DNA from: Dicyema japonicum
Taxonomy: Eukaryota > Animalia > Dicyemida
Assembly: GCA_011109175.1 (NCBI GenBank)
Contig: RDEW01000008.1
Location: forward strand, 511,698 to 575,697
Direction of reading: 5' to 3'
Length of the DNA: 64,000 bases
Shown one piece after another: positions 37,470 through 49,549 of this stretch. The position numbers were made by a program, and so were the translations under genes. How positions within the stretch are numbered: position 1 is the stretch's first letter; every line of letters begins with the position of its first letter. Below the pieces are notes generated by a model that saw only the letters and a program-made list of their open reading frames with translations, was not told the DNA's origin and searched no databases.

Positions 37470-37690
37470 CAGTATTGGAGCGTGTGGGATTGGACCACGG
37501 ATATGGAAAAAGACCAGATGGGTAATCATCTCTCCGTTCACTGAGGGAAAATCGATCGTAAGGAACTGCACTGTTGTGGATTCTTTCTCGAACTCGATGA
37601 TACTCAGCTGGGTGCTGTCTGCTTGATCGGTAATCGATCTGGCCGATAGAATCAAGATTTGAAAATTTGGCACATTTGGAGACCTATATA
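37470..37690 (+). mobile_element. CRE-like fragment joined to a short foreign segment
   Basis: GGGATTGGACCACGG...AAATCGATCGTAAGGAACTGCACTGTTGTG...GTGCTGTCTGCTTGATCGGTAATCGAT also occurs at 49725-49925. Confidence 0.55.
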
Positions 37691-38205
37691 TATAATTTAT
37701 TATTTTAATAACATTATCTATAAACAATTTTAACGAGGATGGAATATTTATAAAAACAAGATCAAACCGGTGTAAAATACAATGCAAACTTGAAAACTGT
37801 GGAGATACTGGGTATATACGGTATACTGCTTAGCAAACTTTTCGATCATTGCTTGAGCACCATCATTGCAAACACCAATACATTTTTTCCAACATAATTC
37901 CCGAGAAATCATATAATCATTGAATGCGTTGAAATTTTCTTGACCAGTTGTGTTTTTTGAAAAAATTTACAAATTTAGTAATCTTCTTGCAATGTATAAT
38001 TTAACAAATAATAAACAAAAACTAATATTTTTGATAATCCTTCAACATCATTTGATTCGTAACTGAATAGATAAATAATCAGATTTTTTTTAAAACAAGG
38101 TTTTATTAAAGATTACTCTAAAGTGTGAGCTTCTTTATTTTTTGCAATAAGGCAAATTATCTCAGATAAATTAAAAATTATTATCAACTACATGGAAAAT
38201 TCAGT
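37690..38205 (-). mobile_element. hAT (Buster/ZBED5-like) transposase fragment
   Basis: HCILHRFDLVFINIPSSL..FIDNVIKIINYI, the CxxH motif of the hAT core; matches 50600-51120. Confidence 0.7.
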
Positions 38206-38454
38206 GTAATATGAAAAATTATATTTTATAAACTTTTTAGTTAAATGGATGAAGTATATAACCTCACAATTCTACATCCTAAACATACAAATAATATTGT
38301 AAAAACATTAATTTTCATAAATTATTTAATACACTAATAATCATAGAATAATGAATGTCTGTTGTGCTTTATATCAATTATTTCTTGTTTTGCCATAACT
38401 ATTTCTTTGTCAATATTATATATCAAATTATCAGTAAAATTTTAGATTTCTTTT

Positions 38455-38853
38455 TTAGAATAATGAATGCCTGATGTGCTTTATATCAATTATTTCTTGT
38501 TTTGCCATAACTATTTCTTTGTCAATATTATATATCAAATTATCAGTAAAATTGTAGATTTCTTTTTTATAATTTTCTAGCAGTTCCAAAGTCTTGAAAT
38601 ATAATAAAAATAAAACATTAATTCCATTAGGAACCCATATAGTCTTGACTCCACAGAGAAGATCATTGAAATATGACAACCAATTTACTCGTCGTATTAT
38701 TTCAGGTTTTGTTTAAAACATTATAATTACAGTAGTTTTATGTATGGAAGCGACTTTGTTTAGTGTGTCTTCTGGTTGAACCATATATTCACATAACGGT
38801 ACATCCATAACGGATGATTCTAAAAAGCTACCATAACTAACACTATTTGTCAT
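38455..38853 (-). CDS. Small LysM-domain protein (LysMD-like, 116 aa); needs a GT-AA intron, so possibly a pseudogene
   Basis: Removing 38707-38730 (24 nt, GT...AA, in-frame TAA) gives EYMVQPEDTLNKVASIHKTTPEIIRRVNWLSYFNDLLCGVKTIWVP, which aligns to the LysM pattern HxVxxGDTLxxIAxxYxxTxExIxRxNxL...IP. A second probable GT-AG intron lies at 38593-38616 (24 nt, in frame). Confidence 0.7.
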
Positions 38854-40739
38854 CAAATTAGATAATATTAAATAAATAATTTTAATTTATATTTAAATAT
38901 TTTAATAGGTTTCACAGCAACGATAGGTAATTTAATAATAACATTATGACGAGGGATCAACACCGAGCAAAAATGAGAGCTTGAACCAATTCGTCAGGAT
39001 CACTTAGTTTAATTTTTCGGTATAACAATGATCATTGGAATTTAATTTAACTTTATTTAGTGACGTAGTTAATACTCGTTTATAAGATTCTTTTGAAAAC
39101 TATCAGTTACTCCTTATAGTTAAATTAATTGTTTGAAAAGTTTCCCTCCGATAGCGTCATTGGATTTACCTTACTGAGAAGACGTCCAATNTGGTCATTG
39201 GAATTTAATTTAACTTTATTTAGTGACGTAGTTAATACTCGTTTATAAGATTCTTTTGAAAACTATCAGTTACTCCTTATAGTTAAATTAATTGTTTGAA
39301 AAGTTTCCCTCCGATAGCGTCATTGGATCCACCTTACTGAGAAGACTTCTAATGCCTGGCCGTCATCAAAAGGATACACTATTCTTTCACCGGGGACAAT
39401 GTCGTTTCTTGGAGATAAGTTCTGGAACGCTGCAACGAGCATGAATCAATGAGTTAATTTGGTTAACCTTGATCTTTGAAATTTTTAAATTTTTTACTCA
39501 CTTTTTTCATTTTATTAATACAATAATATGTTTTCTTTACTTAATTTTCTAAATACTTATTTTATCTCAAATTTCTAACTTTATTGGTGTTTACTTATGT
39601 CATAGTCTACACAAAGTAACTGACATGTAGTTAGTGTATTATTATTAACACGAGAAATGTTAACAATTAACACTAATTAAGTGTATCCAGTTCCCACTAT
39701 CACGAAAAAAGAGTTTCCAATGTCAGGCAAGTCCATCGAGAAACTGCATTAAAACTAGAAGACATCTATTCTTTGCAGTTGTGGGAATCTCTTAATGGAG
39801 TGAAAGAGAGCAAAGTATCCTTTGTGTTACCCTGGCACTGTGAAATCTTTAATCAAATAGTCACATGCCACCCCTTTCTGTTTTGACATTTAGCCTCAGC
39901 CTTTTCCTCAATAAGTATCATGTATTTCGTTTTTTGCCTTAATTTGCATGCTCTCTAAAGTTTTCAGCTGCACAAATGTCTGTATATACGTCTTCACTTA
40001 CTAATCCGGTTCAGGGACATTTATAAAAAAGTTAATATCTTCTAGATTATCAAAAAACAAGCAGATGCAGTCGTCTTTCAGTTCTGGTGAGTTATTTGCA
40101 TACATTAACCACCCGCTAGATTTAATAATATTTCTCAATTTTCTTGAGTAAATAATCATGTTGAATATTCATTATCTATCCATTTAGATTTTCAATGTTA
40201 TACTTTCGAGAAATGAATTCTATGATAAGTGTTAAATTAATGCAGAATTTCCAATATTTTGTCATTAATTGGCAAAAATAAAGTTTGTTAATAATTTATT
40301 AAATATTTAAAATTAAAGGTGGCCGCTCTCATTTACCTTCAATTTGTATGGAAATGCGAGACAACTCCTGCTCCGTTTACCACTTTACTTGCTCACAAAA
40401 AATAGTAGACATAAACAAAATTTGTGTATGTGAAAAATATCCTAGTAAATATTAATAAATTTACCAAAATTGTAAAACACTTTGCGATTATTCAAAATAA
40501 AACTAAATATAATGTGCATTTATTTTTATTAAAATTGATAATTTTTTAGTAGCATACACGAATAACGAAACCTCTTTGATTTTGTAAGTATAGTACCATC
40601 ATTTTATAAACTTCCTTATTGTCTTAAATTAAATTTAATTATAGGAAGACAAAACTATAGTAATTAACAAGTTAGAAAATTTTTCGCATTTCGATAGTTA
40701 TATACTTTAATTATCGTTAGTTTGACTAAATGGATATAG

Positions 40740-42053
40740 TAAGTGTGAATTTAAATTTTAGTTGACAGAATTAATAGAGTGACCAGACCGTTATATAAAT
40801 GTCATCTACAAAAAGGACTTGAAGGATGCTATAAACCATCTTACTGGTTGCGTGATGATGAACAACAACAATCACTGTTAAGAAATTTTCAAAAAATCAT
40901 GTAGAAGTAACTATTATTTTTAAAATTGGTGTCATTCTCTGTTCAAATAAATGTGATAAAGATAAAAAATATATGACGATTCGACCTGCAACTACAATTC
41001 TTAAATTTTCCCTTCAAACCAAAAAGAAATCCCCAGTCTGTATAAATCTGATTATTAATTTAGGTGGAATGCAAACACTTTATTACCAAAAATGTAACGG
41101 AAACGATAGTTACCCAGTCACACATTTTTGGCAATTGAAAGGTTGTTTTATTAAATTTGAATTAGATGGTGGAATTAATTTTAGAGCTAAGGGTACTCAT
41201 GATCTCCTAAGACCTTCTGATTATAAACCACCAGCATTTGCTGTAGAAAAATTACTTGAATTTCGTTCACGTAATCCAGATGTTACATCCGAAGAAATTT
41301 CAAAAAAAATTGTGATCATTTTACTAATTTAAGGGAGAACAAATTCACGTGGCATTTAAGGCTCCAGCAGTAGTCAGTCGAATACTTAAGGAAAATGAAA
41401 TTATTTTTTCAAATTATTGAGGTAAAATCGCACTCATGAAGAAATCATATTCGTTTCATAAAAAACATAGTCAAATTGCTATACAAGAATCCAGGGACAA
41501 TCACAACCATCATTTAAACCAAAATCGATACCACCAAGATAGACATTCGAATCCAAGTCAAGTAAGCTTAAGACAAGTAGTAAGTCAGCCAATTCAGCCG
41601 TTGGTTTTTCCGTCGGATCAAAATAATATATTATGTGGACCAATGCAGTATAGAGACACACGGCTATTCCAAGAAACAAATTTTATGCAATCTGGATATG
41701 TAAATAGTATGGTACATTATTCACAACAATTTTGTGTATATAATGAAAACAGTACAAGGTCACAATTCATTCAATCGTATCCTAGAAATGATAGTTACGA
41801 TATGATGCCTCATAATTCAAGAATGGAATATTTACTAAATTATTCAAATCAATATAATAATCATCAAAATTATAATTTCATGCCTATAAATATAAACCCA
41901 GTAAATGGAATTATGAACCAAGAAATGACGAGTAATAGAAACTATCCATATATCACTCAATATATGTATAATTTTCACAATGAAGACCCTGATCATCAAA
42001 CATCAAATACTAATCCATTTATAAGAAATAACTCCATAACACCAGAATATTAA
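40740..42053 (+). pseudogene. gcm-like: GCM-domain transcription factor gene with a paired-RED/HTH-like segment and an N/Q/Y-rich tail; disrupted
   Basis: E*PDRYINVIYKKDLKDAINHLTGCVMMNNNNHC*EIFKKSC/IGVILCSNKC..IRPA..KKSPVC..CNGNDSYPVTHFWQLKDGGINFRAKGTHDLLRP follows the GCM motif order. GT-AG introns 41040-41063, 41142-41165, 41312-41333; stops at 40780, 40879 and 41418; non-canonical intron ~40904-40925. Confidence 0.8.
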
Positions 42054-42620
42054 TTAAAAACTAAGCATTTTTATATTTTCATTTTTTTCTTTTAGAAATT
42101 CAAACTTTTTAGTCTTTTAATTTTGAATGTTAAAGTCTAAAACAGTAAGAAAATTACTATTTTCAAAAATATAGATTTTTACAAATATGCTAAAACTTTG
42201 GATGTTTGGTTACCATTTTTCTTTAGAATAATTTTAATTTTTTAATTTTAACTCATCAATTAAAAAATGATCCTTCCTTTAAAAATGGCATTTTGTGGTA
42301 AAAAATTACCCTACCGAAACCTTTTAAGCAACATTTCAATTATCAGTAAAGTTTAATATCACCTCACAAACTTTCAATTCACTTCCCTCACTTCTTAATG
42401 AATAATTGAGTGAGTTGAATTTTCATTAACAAGATATGAAGTTGGAAAGTACAAGAATATTTAAGAGATCGACTTCCAAATTTTTGGAAATTGTTCTTTA
42501 ATCTTTAATTCTACAAAAACTGAGAAATATATGTATTTTGAAATTAATTTCATAATATGCATTATTTTTAAGGTCTATTAAATCAGTGTAACGAGTACCG
42601 GGAAAAGGCCTGATAACTCT

Positions 42621-43499
42621 NNNNNNNNNNNNNNNNNNNNNNNNNNNNNNNNNNNNNNNNNNNNNNNNNNNNNNNNNNNNNNNNNNNNNNNNNNNNNNNN
42701 NNNNNNNNNNNNNNNNNNNNNNNNNNNNNNNNNNNNNNNNNNNNNNNNNNNNNNNNNNNNNNNNNNNNNNNNNNNNNNNNNNNNNNNNNNNNNNNNNNNN
42801 NNNNNNNNNNNNNNNNNNNNNNNNNNNNNNNNNNNNNNNNNNNNNNNNNNNNNNNNNNNNNNNNNNNNNNNNNNNNNNNNNNNNNNNNNNNNNNNNNNNN
42901 NNNNNNNNNNNNNNNNNNNNNNNNNNNNNNNNNNNNNNNNNNNNNNNNNNNNNNNNNNNNNNNNNNNNNNNNNNNNNNNNNNNNNNNNNNNNNNNNNNNN
43001 NNNNNNNNNNNNNNNNNNNNNNNNNNNNNNNNNNNNNNNNNNNNNNNNNNNNNNNNNNNNNNNNNNNNNNNNNNNNNNNNNNNNNNNNNNNNNNNNNNNN
43101 NNNNNNNNNNNNNNNNNNNNNNNNNNNNNNNNNNNNNNNNNNNNNNNNNNNNNNNNNNNNNNNNNNNNNNNNNNNNNNNNNNNNNNNNNNNNNNNNNNNN
43201 NNNNNNNNNNNNNNNNNNNNNNNNNNNNNNNNNNNNNNNNNNNNNNNNNNNNNNNNNNNNNNNNNNNNNNNNNNNNNNNNNNNNNNNNNNNNNNNNNNNN
43301 NNNNNNNNNNNNNNNNNNNNNNNNNNNNNNNNNNNNNNNNNNNNNNNNNNNNNNNNNNNNNNNNNNNNNNNNNNNNNNNNNNNNNNNNNNNNNNNNNNNN
43401 NNNNNNNNNNNNNNNNNNNNNNNNNNNNNNNNNNNNNNNNNNNNNNNNNNNNNNNNNNNNNNNNNNNNNNNNNNNNNNNNNNNNNNNNNNNNNNNNNNN
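42621..43499. other. Assembly gap (879 N)
   Basis: Run of N. Confidence 1.
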
Positions 43500-43633
43500 T
43501 TCAGTGGAATATGAAAAATTATATTTTATAAACTTTTTAGTTAAATGGATGAAATATATAACCTCACAATTCTACTTTCTAAACATACAAATAATATTGT
43601 AAAAACATTAATTTTCATAAATTATTTAATACA

Positions 43634-44038
43634 CTAATAATCATAGAATAATGAATGCCTGATGTGCTTTATATCAATTATTTCTTGTTTTGCCATAACT
43701 ATTTCTTTGTCAATATTATATATCAAATTATCAGTAAAATTGTAGATTTCTTTTTTATCATTTTCTAGCAGTTCCAAAGTCTTGAAATATAATAAAAATA
43801 AAACATTAATTCCATTAGGAACCCATATAGTCTTGACTCCACAGAGAACATCATTGAAATATGACAACCAATTTACTTGTCGATTTATTTCAGGTTTTGT
43901 TTAAACATTATAATTACAGTAGTTTAATGTTTGGCAGCGAAATTGTTTAGTGTGTCTTCTGATTGAACATTATTCACATAACGGTACATCCATAACGGAT
44001 GACTCTAAAAAGCTACCATAACTAACACTATTTGTCAT
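43634..44038 (-). pseudogene. Second LysM-gene copy, frameshifted
   Basis: Close copy of 38455-38853, but GAA TAA and a 2 nt loss disrupt exon 1 and CAT TAA adds a stop; same AA-ended intron (23 nt). Confidence 0.72.
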
Positions 44039-44199
44039 CATTTAGATAATATTAAATAAATATTTTTAATTTATAATAACTGTTCTTTACTTAAATAAAA
44101 TTTGTGTTCTGCACGAACGAAACCCTAGTCATCTTGCGTGCTTATTGCAATGTGGTTGTGCTTAATTATTATTATATATCACCACCTTTCAACGAATAA

Positions 44200-45300
44200 T
44201 GATTTGGTTCCTTAAATGTCAAAACCTCGAAGCCAAGAGAGTCTGATAAATGTCTCAATCTTTGTCTATTATGATAGGTCTTACCACATCCAAAAGCAAC
44301 ATATTTAGATTAAGATCCCCAACAAAAAAAATTTCACATAGTCAATAAAAAATGGCCAATACTGTCCACACAATTAATAAAAGTCTTTTAATACATTCCC
44401 CCAATGGTAATCCACACATCGTCACAACAAACGTCAACAGTGGTAAATTCACAGTCAGTGTTCCGTTTGACTACATCCATCTTAGGAAAATGATAATAGA
44501 TCCGTCAATAGAGTTGAGTTTTTATATGAGAAACATCGATCTTTAAGAGAAGACAGAATTCCTAGGTATCCCATACTTCATGATTGGGAGTATATTGGAA
44601 AACTTTCAGTTGTCGTGATTAATTGATATGTTGTATATCAATGTTAAGCTACCGATTCAGTAGCGATTACTCCTATTCTCCTATTCGCTAGATGTGAAAA
44701 TCAACAATAGATTTTATCATCCATCGGTAGTCTTTGTAAATAATGTCTTCGAAAATAAGCAGAAGTTTATTTTCGAATAACATTATTGAAAGTTTTTGAA
44801 AAGTCAACTTCGACATTGTAAATTATTTTTCTGTAACTTTGGCATATATCCATAAGCCATCGATGATTCCAAAAGATATCAGCGGTTATCTCTACTTTTC
44901 TAAATCCTCTTTGACGATAAGTATGGATTAACAGCACTTGATATCCGAATCACCGTTCGGAATCCCTAGTCAGAGTTCAAATTATGGAAAGGAATTTTTA
45001 TTAGTGATAGCGCTCTTATTCACGTATTATAATGATAATTCCTACATATTAAGATATTTATGTACCTTCAACTGCGACCTGGTTATACAAATCCTTAGAA
45101 GATATAGCTTTGAACTTTAGATTTCCCTGAATATATTCAATACTCTCTTTAGAAGTCATTGGATTATGCGACTCGTCATTCGGTGATAAATTTTGTTCAG
45201 TTTTAATTTCTTAAATTGGAAAATTGGCTAAATCTTCTTGGATTGAGGAGAATATGTCCTTTGAACACCATAGACATGAAAGATTCGGATAAAGCTGACC
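44200..45300 (-). mobile_element. Old, heavily decayed LINE RT
   Basis: VDFSKTFNNV (cf. LDFSKAFD) and YGIPRNSV (cf. GVPQGSV); 44735-44850 shared with 35240-35370. Confidence 0.45.
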
Positions 45301-45639
45301 GTTCTATTCATTCATGCATTAATTTTATTTCTAAATTGAATAATATTGGAGTTTGTGATGTGCAGACCAAAGTTATCTGTAAATAATAATGTTAGTACAA
45401 AAAAACAGGTGATGCTACCAAAGAAGGTAATGAAGTCCTAGATATTGAGGATTCAGTCGGGGAGAGAAACACAATAGTGACAAACCTAAGATGTTGACTC
45501 CGGATATCCCTTTTTATCCTCTGGTTTCAAATCATATTAAAACGTTTTCCATAAAGTCACACACAGAATAGTATTTAATCAAATTTTAAGCTTTTGTAGA
45601 CATCGCCAGAAATGATTTCTCCTACTTTCAATATCTTCA

Positions 45640-46275
45640 CTATACAAGCCCTCCATCATCTACATTATACTTGGCAGAGAAAAAAGATATAATAGTTCAT
45701 AGGTTGGTTTTCGGTGTTTTCTCGCTCGTTATTATGTCGTGATTCCTAGTAAACACACTTGACCCAGCTATCAGGGTGTCGTGCTTTCGCATTAGGATAC
45801 GCTCACTTAGTTGGATTACTCCACAGAGTCCATGGCAGAAATTATCACGGGGTATATACAGTCTCTCCTTATTGGCTGCCAGTACATGTACATTGTACTT
45901 TTTAAGTGGTACACGGATCATAACATCCATCTCATCATGCTCTCTCGGATCAAACTCCACAACACCTATGTAGTAATTTAGCTGCGAGACAGCATATTCA
46001 TTTAATGCTAGGAACAAATCTCTTGCAGTAAGAGATTTCTTATAAAAGAACGCTGCTCTTTAACGGGTGCCTTCAGTAATTTGTCGTTTGTCTCAGGCAT
46101 TATAAGGAATTTGATGTTACGGTAACACCCAGATACTTATATCAATTGTGTACCTCTAAAACTCTTGATAACTCTCTACATACTTGCGTGTAAGTCGCAG
46201 ATTTTGAATAATTCAAATCTAGTTCTATACTCTCAAAAAATGCCTGATTCAGACCCCCATGGAGTCGAGCGCCTC
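45640..46275 (-). mobile_element. R2/R4-like RT/thumb fragment
   Basis: IELDLNYSKSAT...FLALNEYAVSQLNYYIGVVEF (ORF 45697-46017); homologous to 36600-37200. Confidence 0.75.
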
Positions 46276-47540
46276 AGATTCCTCCAAGAAAAGAGCGGCG
46301 CTGTACTGGATATTCCACGCATTTCCTCTGCGTGGTTTAGCCTCCCACATACTAATCCATGTGGAGAGCATTTCCGCTTTCTGTTGGGAACATGCACTAT
46401 GGCCATTTTCGTTTAGACAACGGTCATACAATCTGCGATTAAACTCAAACAGATTATTTTCTCGACTTCTCTTACACCGACTTCATGTGTTAGAGTTTAT
46501 TCTTATACACCATGATTGCACATCTAATTCCACTTTTTTCCACCTCAACATTTTGATGTTCAATTTGGGAACACGGAGTTTACTAATTAGCACTTTTACT
46601 ATAGACGGTACTTTTTTTCTCCTCCAATTGCCACACTACTTATGTGCCCGTCCACAGCCTTCAGCTCAGTCAGTCTCCAAGCAATTATGGCAAAGATCTG
46701 CACCTTCCATTTATTGGGTGGTCTGGGCTTGTCCGTCCATTCCACATAGGTGATCTGTATTGCATACAGCACTAGGGAGATGTCTACAGTGACCCTACTG
46801 GATTTGGCTACAACGCATAGGTTACAGCATTATTGATGCATGTTGACACTATTCTGTTCACCTTACAATGAGGGATCTGCGGGTAAATATACGGTCATCA
46901 AGTGGACATCTGCCGCAGCAGCGAGATTCCGCGCAAATACCTCATCAACATGCTTGAGCTCCAANCATATAGCACTAGGGAGATGTCTACAGTGATCCTA
47001 CTGGATTTGGCTACAACGCATAGGCCACAGCCTTATTGATGCATGTTGACACTATTCTGTTCACCTTACAATGAAGGATCTGCGGGTAAATATTCGTTCA
47101 TCAAGTGGGCATCTGCCGCAGCAGCGAGATTCCGCGCAAATACCTCATCAACATGCTTGAGCTCCAACATATCACAGCTCTGGTGCTCGTGCTCTCTTTG
47201 ACAGTTGTGGTCATCTGTTCCCCGTCCCTTTAGACTAGTATCCTCATTGCCTTGAGCCATTTTCTTGAGTTCATTAACAGATAGACCAGTACTGAATCGG
47301 CTACTGCATAGCTCCGCAATATCTGGCCAACCATTCCAGGGCATTCAGGATAGCCTTATACGCACTTGCAGGACTACCTGTATCGCCCATTCTTTTGGGT
47401 CAGCTGCCACAACAATCTCGTATATGCCAAGAATTAAATTCATACCATTGGTAACGCAAGTGACCCTTTTCCTTTTTTTTCAACATTTTTGCCAACTCGA
47501 GAGAGTTCGAACGCAACCGAATTGAACCAACGTTGCATGT
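46276..47540 (-). repeat. Unexplained 1.05 kb module, inverted copy, inflated by a duplication at N 46965
   Basis: Collinear with 33505-34552 from CATGCAACG to GGAATCT. Confidence 0.8.
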
Positions 47541-48049
47541 TTCTGACTAATCATTAAAATAATTTTTTCTATTTTTATAAATTATTATTTTCCGATATAA
47601 AGATTAATTCTACGATAATTTTAATAATTATTATGACCGGTTGACAACGATTTCAAGTTGAGAACTATACACCTATATCAATATGGCCGTTAATACGCCT
47701 AGGCGACGTAAAACCGCAAAACTATTTCAATAATTATTATTAAAATGCATTCCCGAGAAAACATTAAATTAATAAAGTTTCCATTGTGACGTATTCTTAA
47801 TAATTCTATCCGTCAGCCTTAACCATGATCCTCTGTTTGGCGCTAGTTCTCTTAGCTCGTTTAGGTCGTTTGCCATATCTATTTTAATGCTAGATGCTGC
47901 CCAAACTTTTGTAACACAGTGAATCAGGTCCCGATGGACTGCAAATCTGAGACCATAATTTCGGCAGGCCGATGAAAAGGTAAAAGGTAGAATTTTATAA
48001 ACAGTTTTGTAAATTGTACGTCGTTTTAATTCCTTATAGACAGTTTACA

Positions 48050-48700
48050 TTATAGATTGGTTAACGCTTATGAAATAAAAAGCAATCCAGAACACTTTAG
48101 TATAAGTTTGCTGTTATAAAGTTAGTTGTTTTGACGATCGAGACAAAGAATGGAATTATTGCTTTTCTCAAAATGGTGTTTTACCTGATGAAATAATACA
48201 GAAAATGTCGAATTTAAAAAAATCGCGTCATTAATTCGATTGTATGATCCGAATTCTGACTTTTTATACTTTAAAACATCCGGGATTTTATTGCATAAAT
48301 TGCTGTAAAAAAAGAAGAGCAAAAAAATTTTTTATTGAAAATATACACCTTAAAAATGGACATTCAGGTCGAGATAAACTACATTCCTTCATAAAGATCT
48401 TGTTTTAGATCGTGCAGAAATAAGGTCATTTCTTTTTTTAAATCCGTCTGGCCCCCTTGGCCCCAACATGGCAAAGTTTATCAAATCGATAAGATTGTTT
48501 ACAAGACTGAAGATGTTAGAGCATAGAATGACACCTTGGCTTTTTCAGAACATTGTGCTTTGATCACAACTGGTAACTCTCATTTGTCGAAGGTTCTGTA
48601 CAATAACAAGTATTATTGGTTAATTGGTTTAGATTGCTTTAAATGTCAATTTGTATGACACAATATGTCGATTTGATTCATTGTTGAATAAATCTTTAGA
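48050..48700 (-). repeat. Dispersed repeat, probable hAT-type C-terminus plus downstream flank
   Basis: 48430-48700 matches 26536-26790; 48050-48430 is the reverse complement of 56350-56750. Confidence 0.4.
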
Positions 48701-48879
48701 TTTTGGGATGGTATTGCATCAAAATATGCTCCACTACATAATAATTATTATTACATAAGATTAATTTCTCTTAGTAAAAATAATGATTTTATATGAAAAA
48801 ATGCAAAATAATTTATAAACTTAAGTATAGATTAATTTGTAATAAACATAATAAATGTTGCATCACTCTCATACTATGC

Positions 48880-49260
48880 CGAGCCACAGACATGCAACGT
48901 GGGTTCGATTCGGTGGCGTTAAAAATTTCTCGAGTTAATAAAAATGTTGAAAAGAAAAAGGAGAAAGGTCACTTGCGTTACCTGATGTTATGAATGTAAT
49001 TCTTGCCATATCCGAGTGCGTTGTGGCAGCTGACCCAAAAGAATGGGCGATTCAGGTAGTCATTCAAGTGCGCAGCAGGCTATCCCGAATGCCCTGGAAT
49101 GATTGGCATACTTGGCAGACCTCTGCAGAAACAGATTCAGTACCGCTAAATTTGTGAGTGAACTCAAGAAAATAGCTGTAAGCAAAAAGGGTACTATTTC
49201 TAAAGGAGCGAAAACCAGATTACCACAACTGTTAAAAAGAGTACGAGCACCAGTGCAGCA
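48880..49260 (+). repeat. 5' fragment of the 1.05 kb module
   Basis: CATGCAACGTGGGTTCGATTCGGTGGCGTTAAAA...GTGAACTCAAGAAAAT matches 33505-33800. Confidence 0.7.
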
Positions 49261-49269
49261 ATACGTTTC

Positions 49270-49530
49270 ATCTTTGTTAATAGGAATAGCCTCATTCTTC
49301 ATAAAGATTTTTGGTTCGACACAGAGCTGTCTTTTGTAAATGTAAGCAGATTGACAGAATACTTTGTACGTGATGTGTCGAGTCTCCGTTTCGAAAGCCA
49401 TATTTCAATCATGTCAAGCATTTGTTGAGCGGACTGAGTCGCTGATTGAATGCTTTGTCCTTGGAGGCAAGAATAATATCGTCGTCATAGAAAAGGATTG
49501 GGATCGCATAAATCTTGACTGTATTGGGAT
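49270..49530 (-). mobile_element. LINE RT fragment
   Basis: LFYDDDIILAS (YADD-type motif); homologous to 53570-53790. Confidence 0.6.
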
Positions 49531-49549
49531 TGGGATCGCACAACTCCTT

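Noticed and set aside
39680-40110. Minus-strand stretch with a BACK-domain-like look (ELKDDCICLFFDNL, ACDYLIKDF)
   Set aside because: Seven stops in about 140 codons, close to expectation for AT-rich DNA; no convincing motif.
40777-41420. Stop-codon reassignment as the explanation for the GCM stops
   Set aside because: Aurora, GALNT and G6PD use TGG for conserved Trp, end at TGA and have no internal stops once spliced.
48870-48920. Pol III promoter or HDV ribozyme at the module 5' end (GCCGAGC...GGTTCGATTC)
   Set aside because: Box spacing is too short for a tRNA head, the B-box is not conserved in other copies, and there is no HDV L3 sequence.
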